Shown here one piece after another: positions 39,107 through 49,229 of a stretch of 64,000 nucleotides of DNA; position 1 is the stretch's first letter; each line of letters opens with the position of its first letter. Source of the stretch: Candidatus Marinacidobacterium sp. (lineage in GTDB: Bacteria > Acidobacteriota > Vicinamibacteria > Marinacidobacterales > Marinacidobacteraceae); NCBI GenBank assembly GCA_965220965.1, contig OZ244852.1:768001-832000 (forward strand). The letters are read 5' to 3'. The position numbers and the translations under genes are program-made. Below the pieces are notes generated by a model, which was given only the letters and a program-made list of their open reading frames with translations, searched no databases and was not told the DNA's origin.

Positions 39107-41016
39107 TGTTCTCCCGCCCGGCCGCTCTCGCTGCCGCTCTCACCGCCGCTCTCGCGGTCGCTGCGCCCGCGGCGACCCAGGCTCCGGAAGCGGAACGGAC
39201 GACGGCGCGCATCGTGGAGCGGGTGGAGCTTCGTCAGGAAGACGGCCGGACGCTCATCCGGCTCGCCGCGGACGGCGCCCTCGAAGCGACCTCGGTCATC
39301 CGGGCGGGAGAGCTGCTCCGCGTGCTGTTGCCGCCGGTGGACCTGAACGGTCGGGGCGGCGTCTGGGAGGCCGGAACCGGCGAGGTCGTCTCGGTCGGTC
39401 TCCACGGGGGGACCGGCGAGGGCGCCGAGCTGCAACTGGTTCTCTGGCCCCGGGTCTCCTGCGACCTCCTGCGGGTGGAGTCCGGCCTCGAAGTGGAATG
39501 CGCCGGGCCCCCGCTCGCGGCGCCCGCATCCACTCCCGAGCCGGAACCCCCGTCTCCTCCCGTTCCGCAGCCCCCGGGCTCCCCGGCGCCGGAGGCCGCA
39601 TCCTCCGCGCCGCCCGAGCCCGCTTCCGCGCCGGCGTCCGAGCCCGCGCCTCCGGCGGCGGACCCGGGGGCCGACCCTCCGGGCGAAGGGGAGTCCGGGG
39701 ACGACGGACTCCAGCCACCGCCTCCACCGCCCGGCGCGGAGGACGCCGCCGAGCGGGTCACGCTCGACTTCCGTGACGCCGACCTTCGCGATGTGCTGCG
39801 GGTGCTCAGCGAGGTGAGCGGGCTCGACTTCGTGCTGCAGCCGGGCGTCGCCGGGAGGGTCTCGCTCCGGCTCACCGAAACGCCCTGGGATCAGGCGCTC
39901 GACGTGATCCTCCGCACCCATCAGCTCGGTCATGTCCTCGAGGGCGGCGTCCTCCGGGTGGGCCGGCTCCCGGACCTCATGGCGGAGCGCCGCGAGCTTC
40001 AGATGCACGAGGAGGAGCGGGCGCTCGCCGGAGATCTGCTCACCGCTCGCCACCGTCTGGCGTACGTCCGTCCCGAAGAGGTCCGCGAGACGCTCGAGGC
40101 GCGGCTCAGCGACCGGGGGTTGCTGGTGGCCGATCCCCGCACCGGGACGGTGCTCATCCGGGATGTCGAGAGCCGGATCCACGAGATCGAGGACCTGATC
40201 GAGGCGCTCGACATTCCGGTTCCGGGGGTGGAAATCGAGTCCCGGATCGTCCTCGCGTCGCGGACCCTCTCGCAGCGGCTCGGGATCCAGTGGGGCGGCG
40301 GCCTGGTGGATCGGGACACCGGGGTCGGCTTCCCCGAGTCGGTGATCGTCGGCGGCGACGCCATCGGATCGGATACCGGATCGTTCACGACTCCCGGAAG
40401 CGGTGGAGTTCGGCCGCCCGCCGCCGAGTCGGGACCCCGGCCCGGCTACGGAGTCGACCTGCCGATCTCCGAGCTCCCCACCGGGGTGCTTGGGCTCGCG
40501 CTCGGCGCCCTCGGCGGGCTCGCCCACCTTGACTTCGCGCTGGCGGCGGCGGAACGGGACGGCGAGGTCCGGGTGCTCTCCGCGCCGCGGATCGTGGCCC
40601 AGAACGCCCGCCCGGCCACGATCAAGCAGGGAGTCACCTTCCCGGTCCAGGTGGTGGCGAACAACACCGTCACCGTCCAGTTCCAGGACGCGGTCCTCGA
40701 GCTCACCGTGACGCCCCAGGTGAGTCCCCGGGGCAGCGTGCTGCTCGATCTCGAGGTCAGCAACGACAGCCTGGACTTCGGCCAGTCGGTGGGAGGCATC
40801 CCGAGCATCGTGACCCAGCGCGCCACCACGAGGGTTCGGGTGGCCGACGGGGAGACCACCGTCATCGGAGGGGTCTTCGCCCAGCGGGAGTCCGAAAACC
40901 GCGGTCGGGTGCCCGCGCTTCACCGGATTCCGCTGCTGGGACACCTGTTCCGGTCGCGCGAGGAAGTCCGCCGCCAGGACGAGCTGCTGATCTTCCTCAC
41001 GCCCCGCATCCGGTGA
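39103..41016 (+). CDS. pilQ: Type IV pilus secretin PilQ
   Basis: VTLDFRDADLRDVLR, PWDQALD.IL, D.RT..VLI.D, VEIESRIV, LGIQWG, LSAPRI, IKQG, L.VTPQ, DGET.VIGG, VP.L..IPLLG.LFR, ELLIFLTPRI. Confidence 0.93.
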   Translation: MMFSRPAALAAALTAALAVAAPAATQAPEAERTTARIVERVELRQEDGRTLIRLAADGALEATSVIRAGELLRVLLPPVDLNGRGGVWEAGTGEVVSVGLHGGTGEGAELQLVLWPRVSCDLLRVESGLEVECAGPPLAAPASTPEPEPPSPPVPQPPGSPAPEAASSAPPEPASAPASEPAPPAADPGADPPGEGESGDDGLQPPPPPPGAEDAAERVTLDFRDADLRDVLRVLSEVSGLDFVLQPGVAGRVSLRLTETPWDQALDVILRTHQLGHVLEGGVLRVGRLPDLMAERRELQMHEEERALAGDLLTARHRLAYVRPEEVRETLEARLSDRGLLVADPRTGTVLIRDVESRIHEIEDLIEALDIPVPGVEIESRIVLASRTLSQRLGIQWGGGLVDRDTGVGFPESVIVGGDAIGSDTGSFTTPGSGGVRPPAAESGPRPGYGVDLPISELPTGVLGLALGALGGLAHLDFALAAAERDGEVRVLSAPRIVAQNARPATIKQGVTFPVQVVANNTVTVQFQDAVLELTVTPQVSPRGSVLLDLEVSNDSLDFGQSVGGIPSIVTQRATTRVRVADGETTVIGGVFAQRESENRGRVPALHRIPLLGHLFRSREEVRRQDELLIFLTPRIR

Positions 41017-41078
41017 GCCCCGGCATGTCCGGCGTGTGATAATTTCAAGCCTCCGCGGGCCGAGACCCGCTGTCCCTC

Positions 41079-41561
41079 GTGCCCGCTCCCCCGTCCACCG
41101 AACCGACCCTCGCCGAACTGCTCGAGGCTCTCGACCGGTTGGCCGACACCGACTTCCACGAGGTCGAGTTGCGGTTCCGCGGGGCGCGCCTCCGGGTCTC
41201 CCGGGGGCCGCAGATTGTCCCGGCGGCGCCGGTCGCGGCCGCCCCCGGCGTCCCCGCGCCTCCCGCGCCCGCGGCGGCTCCCGTTGACGCGGCCGCCGGG
41301 ACAACGGGCGGCGGCGACGGACTCGACACCGTCAGTTCTCCCATGGTCGGCACCTTCTACCGGCGCCCCCGCCCGGATGCGGATCCCTTCGTCCAGGTCG
41401 GCGACCGGGTGAAGAAGGGACAGGTGCTCTGCATCATCGAGGCCATGAAGCTCATGAACAACATCGAGGCGGACGCCGCGGGCGAGGTCGTCGAGGTGCT
41501 CCCCGAGGACGGCGCAACGGTTCAGTTCGGGGACCCGCTGTTCCTCGTGCGCCCGGCCTGA
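41079..41561 (+). CDS. accB: Acetyl-CoA carboxylase biotin carboxyl carrier protein
   Basis: SPMVGTFY..P, IIEAMKLMN.IEA (biotinyl Lys); TG-A-TAATTT extended -10 at 41037-41045. Confidence 0.96.
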   Translation: MPAPPSTEPTLAELLEALDRLADTDFHEVELRFRGARLRVSRGPQIVPAAPVAAAPGVPAPPAPAAAPVDAAAGTTGGGDGLDTVSSPMVGTFYRRPRPDADPFVQVGDRVKKGQVLCIIEAMKLMNNIEADAAGEVVEVLPEDGATVQFGDPLFLVRPA

Positions 41562-41598
41562 CGGCCCGCCCGGCGGAACGCGGAGAGCGCCCGGCGCC

Positions 41599-42945
41599 GT
41601 GTTTCACAAGGTTCTGATCGCCAACCGCGGCGAGATCGCGGTCCGGATCCTCGCGGCCTGCCGCGACCTGGGTCTGCCCACGGTCATCGTGTATTCCGAC
41701 GCCGACCGGGATTCGCTGCCCGTCCGTCTGGCCGATGAGGGCATCTGCATCGGGCCCGCGGCGCCCCGCGACAGCTATCTGGACGTGCCGCGGATCATCA
41801 CCGCCGCCGAGATCGCCGGGGCGGACGCGATCCATCCGGGGTACGGGTTTCTGGCCGAGAGCCATTCGCTCGCCGAGGTCTGCGACGCCTGCCGGGTGAC
41901 GTTCATCGGACCGCCGCCCGGGGCGATCCAGGTGATGGGCGACAAGGCGCTGGCCCGGCGCACGATGAAGGCGGCCGGCGTTCCGATCCTGCCGGGAACC
42001 GAGGAGCCGATCGCCGATGCGGCGGCGGCCCGCGGGATCGCTTCCGAAGTGGGCTATCCGGTGCTCCTCAAGGCGTCGTTCGGCGGGGGCGGCCGGGGCA
42101 TGCGCATCGTGCGGAGCGAGGCGGAACTCGACGACGCCTTCGCCTCCGCCTCCGCCGAGGCGACCGCGGCGTTCGGCGATGGCGAGATCTACCTCGAGCG
42201 CTACCTCTCCAGCGTGCGCCACATCGAGGTCCAGGTGTTCGCCGACAGCCACGGGAACACCGTGCATCTCGGCGAACGCGACTGTTCGGTCCAGCGCCGG
42301 CACCAGAAACTCGTCGAGGAGGCGCCGGCGCCCGGCCTGTCCCCGGACACCCGACGCGAACTCGGTGAGGCGGCGGTCCGGGCGGCCGAGGCGGTCGACT
42401 ACCGGAACGCGGGCACCGTCGAGTTCCTGATGGATCCGGAGGGGCGCTTCTACTTCAGCGAGATGAACGTCCGGATCCAGGTGGAGCACCCGGTGACCGA
42501 GATGGTGACCGGATTCGACCTCGTCCGCGAGCAGATCCGCGTCGCCGCGGGCGAGCCCCTCTCGTTCCGGCAGGCCGACGTGAAGCTGACCGGGGCGTCC
42601 ATCGAGTGCCGGATCAACGCGGAGGATCCGGACACGTTCACTCCCAGCCCGGGGAAGATCACCGGCTTCCACAGCCCCGGAGGGCCGGGCGTCCGGGTCG
42701 ACACGGCGTTTCACGCCGGTTCGGTCGTCCCTCCGTGGTACGACTCGCTGGTGGCGAAGCTCATCACCCACGGCGAGGACCGGGCGCACGCCGTCGCCCG
42801 GATGCGCCGCGCCCTCGCCGAGATGGAGGTCGAAGGGATCCGGACGTCCATTCCGCTCCATCGGCGCATCCTCGCGAGCGAGGAATTCGCCGCCGGGGGG
42901 TTCGACACCGGATTCCTGACCCGGATGGATCCGGTCCCGGCGTGA
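41599..42945 (+). CDS. accC: Biotin carboxylase
   Basis: KVLIANRGEIA, IHPGYGFLAE, GGGGRGMR, ERDCSVQRRHQK, EMN.RIQVEHPVTE, ECRINAED, YDSLVAKLI. Confidence 0.97.
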   Translation: MFHKVLIANRGEIAVRILAACRDLGLPTVIVYSDADRDSLPVRLADEGICIGPAAPRDSYLDVPRIITAAEIAGADAIHPGYGFLAESHSLAEVCDACRVTFIGPPPGAIQVMGDKALARRTMKAAGVPILPGTEEPIADAAAARGIASEVGYPVLLKASFGGGGRGMRIVRSEAELDDAFASASAEATAAFGDGEIYLERYLSSVRHIEVQVFADSHGNTVHLGERDCSVQRRHQKLVEEAPAPGLSPDTRRELGEAAVRAAEAVDYRNAGTVEFLMDPEGRFYFSEMNVRIQVEHPVTEMVTGFDLVREQIRVAAGEPLSFRQADVKLTGASIECRINAEDPDTFTPSPGKITGFHSPGGPGVRVDTAFHAGSVVPPWYDSLVAKLITHGEDRAHAVARMRRALAEMEVEGIRTSIPLHRRILASEEFAAGGFDTGFLTRMDPVPA

Positions 42946-43601
42946 GGGGTTCCCGGTTCTTCCCTGAAACGCCGCTGTATCCCATTCTGGATGCGGAGGG
43001 CATCGGGGGGAGCGACCCGGGTCCTTTCCTCGCCGCGTTCGCGGACGCCGGAGTCCGGGTGGCGCAACTCCGCGCCAAGGATCTGCCGGCCCGCGAATAC
43101 CTCGCGTGGGCGCAGGCCGGCGTGCGGGCCGCCGAAGACGCTCCGATCCTCGTCCTGGTGAACGACCGCGCCGACGTGGCGCTTCTCGCCGGCGCCGACG
43201 GGGTCCACCTGGGGCAGGACGACCTCTCTCCCCGGCGGGCCCGGAAACTGCTGGGGCCCGACGCCGTGATCGGCCTCTCGACCCACAGCCCGGCGCAGGC
43301 GGCCTCCGGCGCCGAGGAGCCGGTCGACTACCTGGCGATCGGCCCCGTCTTCGGCACCTCGACGAAGGCCGACGCGGAGCCGGTCGTGGGCGTCGAAGGG
43401 GTGCGGTCGGCGCGTCGCGAGACCTCCGGGCCCCTCGTCGCCATCGGCGGCCTCGACGGGGACCGCGGGTCCGCCGCCCTCGCAGCCGGCGCCGACGCGG
43501 TCGCGGTCATCTCGGCGGTCGCCGCCCCTTCGCCGGAAGCCGCCGGCGAGCGCGCCCGGGAGCTACTCGCCCGCCTCCGGCCACCGGAGAGGATGGCGTA
43601 G
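42942..43601 (+). CDS. thiE: Thiamine-phosphate synthase
   Basis: LY.ILD, QLRAK, VNDRADVA, DGVHLGQDD, GLSTH, DYLAIGPVF.T.TK, VAIGG. Confidence 0.93.
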   Translation: MRGSRFFPETPLYPILDAEGIGGSDPGPFLAAFADAGVRVAQLRAKDLPAREYLAWAQAGVRAAEDAPILVLVNDRADVALLAGADGVHLGQDDLSPRRARKLLGPDAVIGLSTHSPAQAASGAEEPVDYLAIGPVFGTSTKADAEPVVGVEGVRSARRETSGPLVAIGGLDGDRGSAALAAGADAVAVISAVAAPSPEAAGERARELLARLRPPERMA

Positions 43602-43605
43602 CGCG

Positions 43606-44535
43606 TTGGCCGGGAGGATTCTCGACGGCCGCCGGATCGGCGCCGCGATTCGCGCCGACGCCGCCGAGGCCGCAAGCGCGTTCGCAGCCGGAGGCCGCCC
43701 GCCGGGGCTGGCGGTCGTGCTGGTGGGGGATGACCCCGCCTCCGCGATCTATGTCCGCGGCAAGGTCCGGGCCTCCAAGGAAGCGGGCATCCGCTCGGAG
43801 AGCCACCGCCTCGCGGCGGACACGTCGTCCGACGAGCTGGCGGAGGTGCTCGACCGGCTGAACGAGGACGAGTCGGTGGACGCGATCCTGCTGCAGCTTC
43901 CGCTTCCGGCGGGACTCGACGCCGGGTCGTTCCTTGCCCGGATCCGGCCCGACAAGGATGTGGACGGCTTCCACCCGGTGAACGTGGGCCGCCTGGTCGC
44001 GAATGCGCCCGGCCCGCGGCCCTGCACCCCCGCCGGGATCATGGAGATGTTCCGGCGCGAGGGGATCGGGGTCGCCGGGCGGCGGGCGGTCGTGGTGGGC
44101 CGCAGCGACATCGTGGGCAAGCCGCTGGCGCTTCTGCTGCTCCACCAGCACGCCACCGTCACGCTCTGCCACTCGAGGACGCGGGATCTGCCGGCGGTCT
44201 GCGCCGGAGCCGACATCCTGTGCGCCGCGGTGGGGAGCGCGGGCCTTCTCGGCGAGGATGCGATCCGGCCCGGCGCGGTCGTCGTGGATGTGGGCATGAA
44301 CCGGGTCGCGGACGAGGCGCAGGTCCGGGAGCTGTTCGGCGACAACCCGCGGCGGCTGGCGCGCTTCCGCAAGAACGGCTCGACGCTCGTCGGCGATGTC
44401 CACCCGCTCGCCATGCGGGAGCGCTCCTCCGCCTTCACTCCGGTGCCCGGGGGCGTCGGGCCGCTGACGATCGCGATGCTGCTGCGGAACACCGTGGAGC
44501 TGGCGGAGGCCCGGCGCGCCGCCGGGCGCCGCTGA
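43606..44535 (+). CDS. folD: Methylenetetrahydrofolate dehydrogenase/cyclohydrolase
   Basis: VGDDPAS..YV..K, LLQLPLP, KDVDGFHP.N.G, PCTP.GI, GRSDIVGKP, TPVPGGVGPLTIAMLL.NT. Confidence 0.96.
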   Translation: MAGRILDGRRIGAAIRADAAEAASAFAAGGRPPGLAVVLVGDDPASAIYVRGKVRASKEAGIRSESHRLAADTSSDELAEVLDRLNEDESVDAILLQLPLPAGLDAGSFLARIRPDKDVDGFHPVNVGRLVANAPGPRPCTPAGIMEMFRREGIGVAGRRAVVVGRSDIVGKPLALLLLHQHATVTLCHSRTRDLPAVCAGADILCAAVGSAGLLGEDAIRPGAVVVDVGMNRVADEAQVRELFGDNPRRLARFRKNGSTLVGDVHPLAMRERSSAFTPVPGGVGPLTIAMLLRNTVELAEARRAAGRR

Positions 44536-44566
44536 CACCCCAAGAGGCGGTCCCCGGGAGGTCGCC

Positions 44567-45187
44567 GTGGTGCGCATCGGCCTGACCGGCGGCATCGCCT
44601 CGGGCAAGACGGTCGTGCGCCGGGTCTTCGAGCAGGAGGGCATCCCGATGCTCGACGCCGACGCCGTGACCCACGCCTACCTTGCTCCGGGGGGCGCGCT
44701 GGTCGGGCCGGTCGTGGAGCGTTTCGGGGACGAAGTGCTCGACGCCGAGGGCGGGGTGAACCGGCGAGCCCTCGGCGCCAGGGTGTTCGTCGATCCCGAG
44801 GCGCGCCGCTGGCTGAACCGCGCGACCCATCCGCGGATCCGGGCGGACATCGCCGCGTTTCTGGAGGCGAGAGAGTCGGAAGGTTGCGCGGCGGCGGGCG
44901 TCGAAGCCGCGCTCATCGTCGAGACCGGGAGCTACACCGCCTACGACCGGGTCGTGGTGGTGCAGTGCGCTCCGGCCGCGCAGGTGGAGCGGCTGCTCGA
45001 GCGCAACCCGGAGATGACCCGGCAGGAGGCCCGGTTGCGGCTCTCGGCGCAGTTGAGCGCGGAGGAGCGGGCGCGCCGGGCGACGGATGTGGTGAACAGC
45101 GACGGGGCCCTCGAAGAGACGAGAGCCCGGGCCCGCGAGCTCGCGCGGCGTCTCCTCTCGGAGGGGGGCGTCTCCGGCGCTGGATGA
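44567..45187 (+). CDS. coaE: Dephospho-CoA kinase
   Basis: IGLTGGIASGKT, DAD, NRRALGARVF, THPRI, EAALIVE, R..AQL. Confidence 0.93.
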   Translation: MVRIGLTGGIASGKTVVRRVFEQEGIPMLDADAVTHAYLAPGGALVGPVVERFGDEVLDAEGGVNRRALGARVFVDPEARRWLNRATHPRIRADIAAFLEARESEGCAAAGVEAALIVETGSYTAYDRVVVVQCAPAAQVERLLERNPEMTRQEARLRLSAQLSAEERARRATDVVNSDGALEETRARARELARRLLSEGGVSGAG

Positions 45188-45194
45188 CCCGAAA

Positions 45195-45764
45195 TCAGTC
45201 GCCGAAAGAAGCCCACGCGGTCTCGAGCGCTCCCCGGGCTTCGAGGATCCGCTCCACGACCTGACGCACCGCGCCCCGGCCTCCGGGAAAGTCGCTGACG
45301 TAGAGCGCCTCGGCGAGCACTCGGGGGTGAGCGTCGGAAGGCGCCGCCGCGAACCCGGCCCTCCGCATCGCCGGAAGGTCCTGGACATCGTCGCCGATGA
45401 AGGCGACCTGGGAGGCGGCGAGCGACAGCGACCGGCAGGCGTCCTCGAAGGCGACGCCCTTGGTGAAGCACCCCTCCCGCAGGAACGCGGCGCCGATCTC
45501 CTGCGCCCGCCGGCGCACGATCTGCGAGGTTCTTCCGGTCACAAAACCGAGCCGGATTCCCGATCGGCGGGCCAGCAGGAGCCCCAGGCCGTCCCGCGCG
45601 TGGAAGCGCTTGATTTCGGGAAGGCCGGACTCCTCATCGGCGGGAACGAAGGTCCCGTCGGTGAGCACGCCGTCCACATCGAGGAGGATGGCCTCCACCT
45701 GCGAGGCGCGCTCCCTGAGTTCCGGCGTCCAGACCCGGTTCGGGCCGGATTCCGGGAGGTTCAC
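45195..45764 (-). CDS. kdsC: KDO-8-phosphate phosphatase / YrbI-family HAD hydrolase
   Basis: LLDVDGVLTDG, K.F..RDG.G, VTGR, IGDD.QDLP, GGRGAVR; GTG overlaps the upstream stop. Confidence 0.88.
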   Translation of the reverse strand: MNLPESGPNRVWTPELRERASQVEAILLDVDGVLTDGTFVPADEESGLPEIKRFHARDGLGLLLARRSGIRLGFVTGRTSQIVRRRAQEIGAAFLREGCFTKGVAFEDACRSLSLAASQVAFIGDDVQDLPAMRRAGFAAAPSDAHPRVLAEALYVSDFPGGRGAVRQVVERILEARGALETAWASFGD

Positions 45765-46159
45765 TCGAGGTTGAGCTGCCAGGAGACGCCGAACCGGTCC
45801 TGGATCCAGGCGAACCGGCTGCTGAATCCGTAGTTGTCGAGCGGCATCAACGCCGAGCCGCCCTCGAGCAGCGCCGCGTTCAGCCGCTCGATTTCCTCCT
45901 CCGACTCGCAGGTCAGGAAGAAGGAGAACGAAGGCGTGAACGTGAAGGCGTGCTGGCCCGCCGGGCTGTCGCTCGCCCGCACCGTGAGTCCGCCGATTCG
46001 GAAGCGGGCCAGCTTGATGGCGCCTTCGACCCCGGGTTCGCCGCTGGTCCAGCGCTGGACGTCCTCGATCTCGCTGTCTTCGACCAGGGAGAGATAGAAG
46101 CTCATCGCCTCTTCCGCTCGTCCCTCGAACATCAGGAAAGGGGTCAGATCGCGGGCCAT
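45761..46159 (-). CDS. VOC/PhnB-like (3-dmu-9_3-mt domain) protein
   Basis: TPFLMF.G.AEEA..FY, FTFTPSFS, LMPL..Y.FS..F.W..DRFGVSWQL; GGAGG SD. Confidence 0.9.
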   Translation of the reverse strand: MARDLTPFLMFEGRAEEAMSFYLSLVEDSEIEDVQRWTSGEPGVEGAIKLARFRIGGLTVRASDSPAGQHAFTFTPSFSFFLTCESEEEIERLNAALLEGGSALMPLDNYGFSSRFAWIQDRFGVSWQLNLE

Positions 46160-46183
46160 CTTCGTGTCCTCCGGAGGGGCGGT

Positions 46184-47929
46184 TCAGGCCGTGGCGGACG
46201 CCGGCAGGGGAGCCGCTTCGGCATTCGCCAGCCCTTCCCGACGCTCCAGCGCCGCCCCGATGAACTCGCGGAAGAGGGGGTGGGGGCGGAGCGGGTTCGA
46301 CTGGAACTCGGGGTGAAACTGGACCGCGAGGAACCACGGATGATCCGGGATCTCGCACACTTCGAAGAAGCCGTCCTCGGTGGAGCCCGAAAAGCGCATG
46401 CCCTCGGCGGTGAGCCGGGCCTCGTAGTCGTGGTGGAACTCGTAGCGGTGGCGGTGGCGTTCCCGAATCCTGGTCGTTCCGTAGACCTGCGCCGCGAGCG
46501 ACCCCTCCTCGAGCAGGCAGGTCACCGCCCCGACCCGCATCGTGCCGCCCATGGGCTCGGCGCCTTCGAGGTCGCGGAGCAGGGCGAAGACCTGATGGGG
46601 CGACTCGGGGTCGATTTCCTCGGTGCTGGCGCCGGTGAGGCCGCATCGGGAGCGGGCGAACTCCACGAGCGCCCACTGGAAGCCGTAACAGATCCCGAAG
46701 AACGGAACCCGGCTCCGCCGCGCGCGCCCGGCGGCTGCCGCCATGCCCTCGGTTCCCCGCCGGCCGAAGCCTCCCGGAACCAGGATCCCGTCGCAGTCGT
46801 CCAGTTGCGAGAGGTCGCCGCCCTCCAGGCTCTCGGCCTCGATCCACCGGATGCTCACCCGGGCGCCGTGCGGAACGCCTCCGTGGAGCAGGGCCTCGCC
46901 GAGGCTCTTGTAGGAGTCCTTGTGCTCCACGTATTTCCCCACCACCGCGATCCGCACATCCCGGCTGCCGGTGTGGAGCCGCTCGACCAGCGCCCGCCAT
47001 TCGTCGAGCTGGCGCTCCCGCGACGGAAGCCGGAAGTGCCGAAGGATCCGGGTGTCCACGCCTTCGGCGGCCAGGTTCAGCGGGACCTCGTAGACCGAGC
47101 GGGCGTCCACCGCGGTGAACACCGCGTCCGCCGAGACCGAGGTGTGGAGACCGATCTTCGCCTTGATGTCGGCGGGGAGCGCCTCCTCGGCCCGGCACAG
47201 CAGGACATCCGGCTGGATGCCGATCGCGCGGAGCTCCCGGACGCTGTGCTGGGTGGGCTTCGTCTTGTACTCGCCCGCGGTGCGGATCATCGGAACGAGC
47301 GTCAGGTGCAGGAAGCAGACGCGGTCGGCCCCGGCGTCCAGCCGGAACTGGCGGGCGGCCTCCAGAAACGGCTGCCCCTCGATGTCGCCGATCGTCCCAC
47401 CGATCTCGGCGATCACCACATCCGCGCCGTCCCGCACCGCCACCGCGTTCACGCGGCGCTTGATCTCGTCGGTGACATGGGGGACGACCTGGACGGTGGC
47501 GCCCAGATAGCCCCCCTGGCGCTCGCGCTCGATGACCTGCTCGTAGATCTGGCCGCTCGTCACGTTCGAGAGGGACGAGAACGCCCCCCCGGTGAAGCGC
47601 TCGTAGTGGCCGAGATCGAGATCGGTCTCCGCCCCGTCGTGGGTGACGAACACCTCGCCGTGCTGGTACGGGCTCATCGTGCCCGGATCCACGTTCAGGT
47701 AGGGGTCGAGCTTGAGGAAGCTCACCGTGTACCCCTGGGACTTCAGCAGCCGCCCCACCGAGGCTGATGCGATGCCCTTGCCGAGCGAGGAGATGACCCC
47801 GCCGGTGACGAACAGGAACCGGGTCTTCTCGGGGATCTCGAGCGGCGGGGGAACCCCGCGGTCCCGGGCCGGGCCGCCCTTCGCCGAGCCGGGCGCCCCA
47901 CGCCCGCGCTCCGCCGGATGGTCCGCCAC
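46184..47929 (-). CDS. pyrG: CTP synthase
   Basis: FVTGGVISSLGKG, KLDPYLNVDPGTMSP.QHGEVFVT, KTKPTQHSV, VPGGFG.RG, GICYG.Q, ERHRHRYE, QFHPEF. Start GTG 47929 (alternative ATG 47956). Confidence 0.96.
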   Translation of the reverse strand: MADHPAERGRGAPGSAKGGPARDRGVPPPLEIPEKTRFLFVTGGVISSLGKGIASASVGRLLKSQGYTVSFLKLDPYLNVDPGTMSPYQHGEVFVTHDGAETDLDLGHYERFTGGAFSSLSNVTSGQIYEQVIERERQGGYLGATVQVVPHVTDEIKRRVNAVAVRDGADVVIAEIGGTIGDIEGQPFLEAARQFRLDAGADRVCFLHLTLVPMIRTAGEYKTKPTQHSVRELRAIGIQPDVLLCRAEEALPADIKAKIGLHTSVSADAVFTAVDARSVYEVPLNLAAEGVDTRILRHFRLPSRERQLDEWRALVERLHTGSRDVRIAVVGKYVEHKDSYKSLGEALLHGGVPHGARVSIRWIEAESLEGGDLSQLDDCDGILVPGGFGRRGTEGMAAAAGRARRSRVPFFGICYGFQWALVEFARSRCGLTGASTEEIDPESPHQVFALLRDLEGAEPMGGTMRVGAVTCLLEEGSLAAQVYGTTRIRERHRHRYEFHHDYEARLTAEGMRFSGSTEDGFFEVCEIPDHPWFLAVQFHPEFQSNPLRPHPLFREFIGAALERREGLANAEAAPLPASATA

Positions 47930-48062
47930 CCGGAAAGGGTAACTCCGGACCTCCATCGGGACTGCCGAGCTCCGCAGCAGGGTTCGGGTCTCGTCGGTCG
48001 GGGTTTTCGGCGCCGCTCCGGATTTGACCCGGATCCCCCCGGCCATCCGTCGTGCATGGGAG

Positions 48063-49229
48063 ATGAACGACCTCCCTCCCGGCGCCGACGCGACGACGCC
48101 ACCGGACGATTCGCCGGTCGCGGCGGCGCCCGAACCGGCGACCAACCCGGCCGAGGAGCTCGGCCGGTTCCTCGCCGATCTCGTCCGCCGGGGGGGAAGC
48201 GATCTGCACCTGGTCCCCGGCGCGGCGCCCCGGTTTCGGCTGAACGGGGTTCTGAAGCGCGCCGCGCGAAGCCCGCTGCCCGTCGCCCGGGTCGAGGCGA
48301 TGGTCTTCACCGCGATGCCCCGGCGTCAGCGGGAGCGGGTCGCCGACGGCGAAGAGGCCGACTTCGCCTTCGCCCTCGCCGGCGTCGCCCGCTTCCGCGT
48401 CAGCGTGTTCCGGCGGCGCGGCGCGCTCGGCGGCGTCTACCGGGTGGTGAACGAACAGATCCCCTCGTTCTCCGCGCTCGGACTTCCCGCCGGCGCGGCG
48501 GACCTCGCGGCCCTGACCTCGGGGCTGTTCCTCGCGACCGGCCCGGTCGGATCCGGCAAGTCCACCACCCTGGCGGCGATCGTCGACCGCATCAACCGCA
48601 CCCGCGAGGCGCACGTGGTCACGGTGGAAGACCCGGTGGAGGTGATTCACCGGGAGGACCGGGCGCTGGTCACCCAGCGGCAGGTCGGCGCCGACACCGC
48701 CTCGTTCCACGCGGCGCTGCGCGCCGTGCTGCGGTCCGACCCGGATGTGGTCGTGATCGGGGAGATCCGGGACCGCGAGACCGCCGACGCGGCGCTCCGG
48801 GTCAGCGAAACCGGCCACCTGGCGCTCGCCACGCTGCACGCCCGCTCGGTGATCCACGCCCTCCAGCGCCTCTTCGAGCTCTTTCCGGCGCTGCAGCAGC
48901 GGCAGATCCGCAACCGCATCGCGGCGTCCCTCGAGTCGATCTACTGCCAGCGGCTGGTGCGCCGCGCTGACGGGCGGGGTCGGGTTGTCGCGGTGGAGCG
49001 CCTGATTCCCACGACCGCCGCGCGGAACCTCATTCGCGAGGACAAGCTGCACCAGCTCTTCGCCGTCCTGGACGCGGGCGCGCAGCGCGGGCGCTCCGTC
49101 TCGCTGAACGATGCGCTGGCGGACCTGGTCCGGCGGGGGGTCGTCGCCGCGGATGACGCGCTCTCGGCGTCGAACGACCCCGAAGCCCTGGGGACCAGCC
49201 TTCGATCTCCGGAGGGTCGCCGGTCTTGA
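48063..49229 (+). CDS. pilT: Type IV pilus retraction ATPase
   Basis: GSDLHL, RFRV..F, GPVGSGKSTTL, VEDPVE, LR.DPDV...GEIRD, ETGHL...TLH, AARNLIRE (AIRNLIRE variant). Confidence 0.9.
   Translation: MNDLPPGADATTPPDDSPVAAAPEPATNPAEELGRFLADLVRRGGSDLHLVPGAAPRFRLNGVLKRAARSPLPVARVEAMVFTAMPRRQRERVADGEEADFAFALAGVARFRVSVFRRRGALGGVYRVVNEQIPSFSALGLPAGAADLAALTSGLFLATGPVGSGKSTTLAAIVDRINRTREAHVVTVEDPVEVIHREDRALVTQRQVGADTASFHAALRAVLRSDPDVVVIGEIRDRETADAALRVSETGHLALATLHARSVIHALQRLFELFPALQQRQIRNRIAASLESIYCQRLVRRADGRGRVVAVERLIPTTAARNLIREDKLHQLFAVLDAGAQRGRSVSLNDALADLVRRGVVAADDALSASNDPEALGTSLRSPEGRRS

Noticed and set aside
39520-39740. Pro/Ala/Glu-rich stretch in pilQ (and similar linkers in accB and tatA/B) as tandem repeats
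   Set aside because: Ordinary low-complexity linkers with no regular DNA repeat unit.
45195-49052. 1285-aa ORF as a giant KdsC fusion
   Set aside because: Only the last 189 aa are KdsC (GTG 45764, overlapping the VOC stop); the rest overlaps the VOC gene and pyrG off-frame and pilT antisense.
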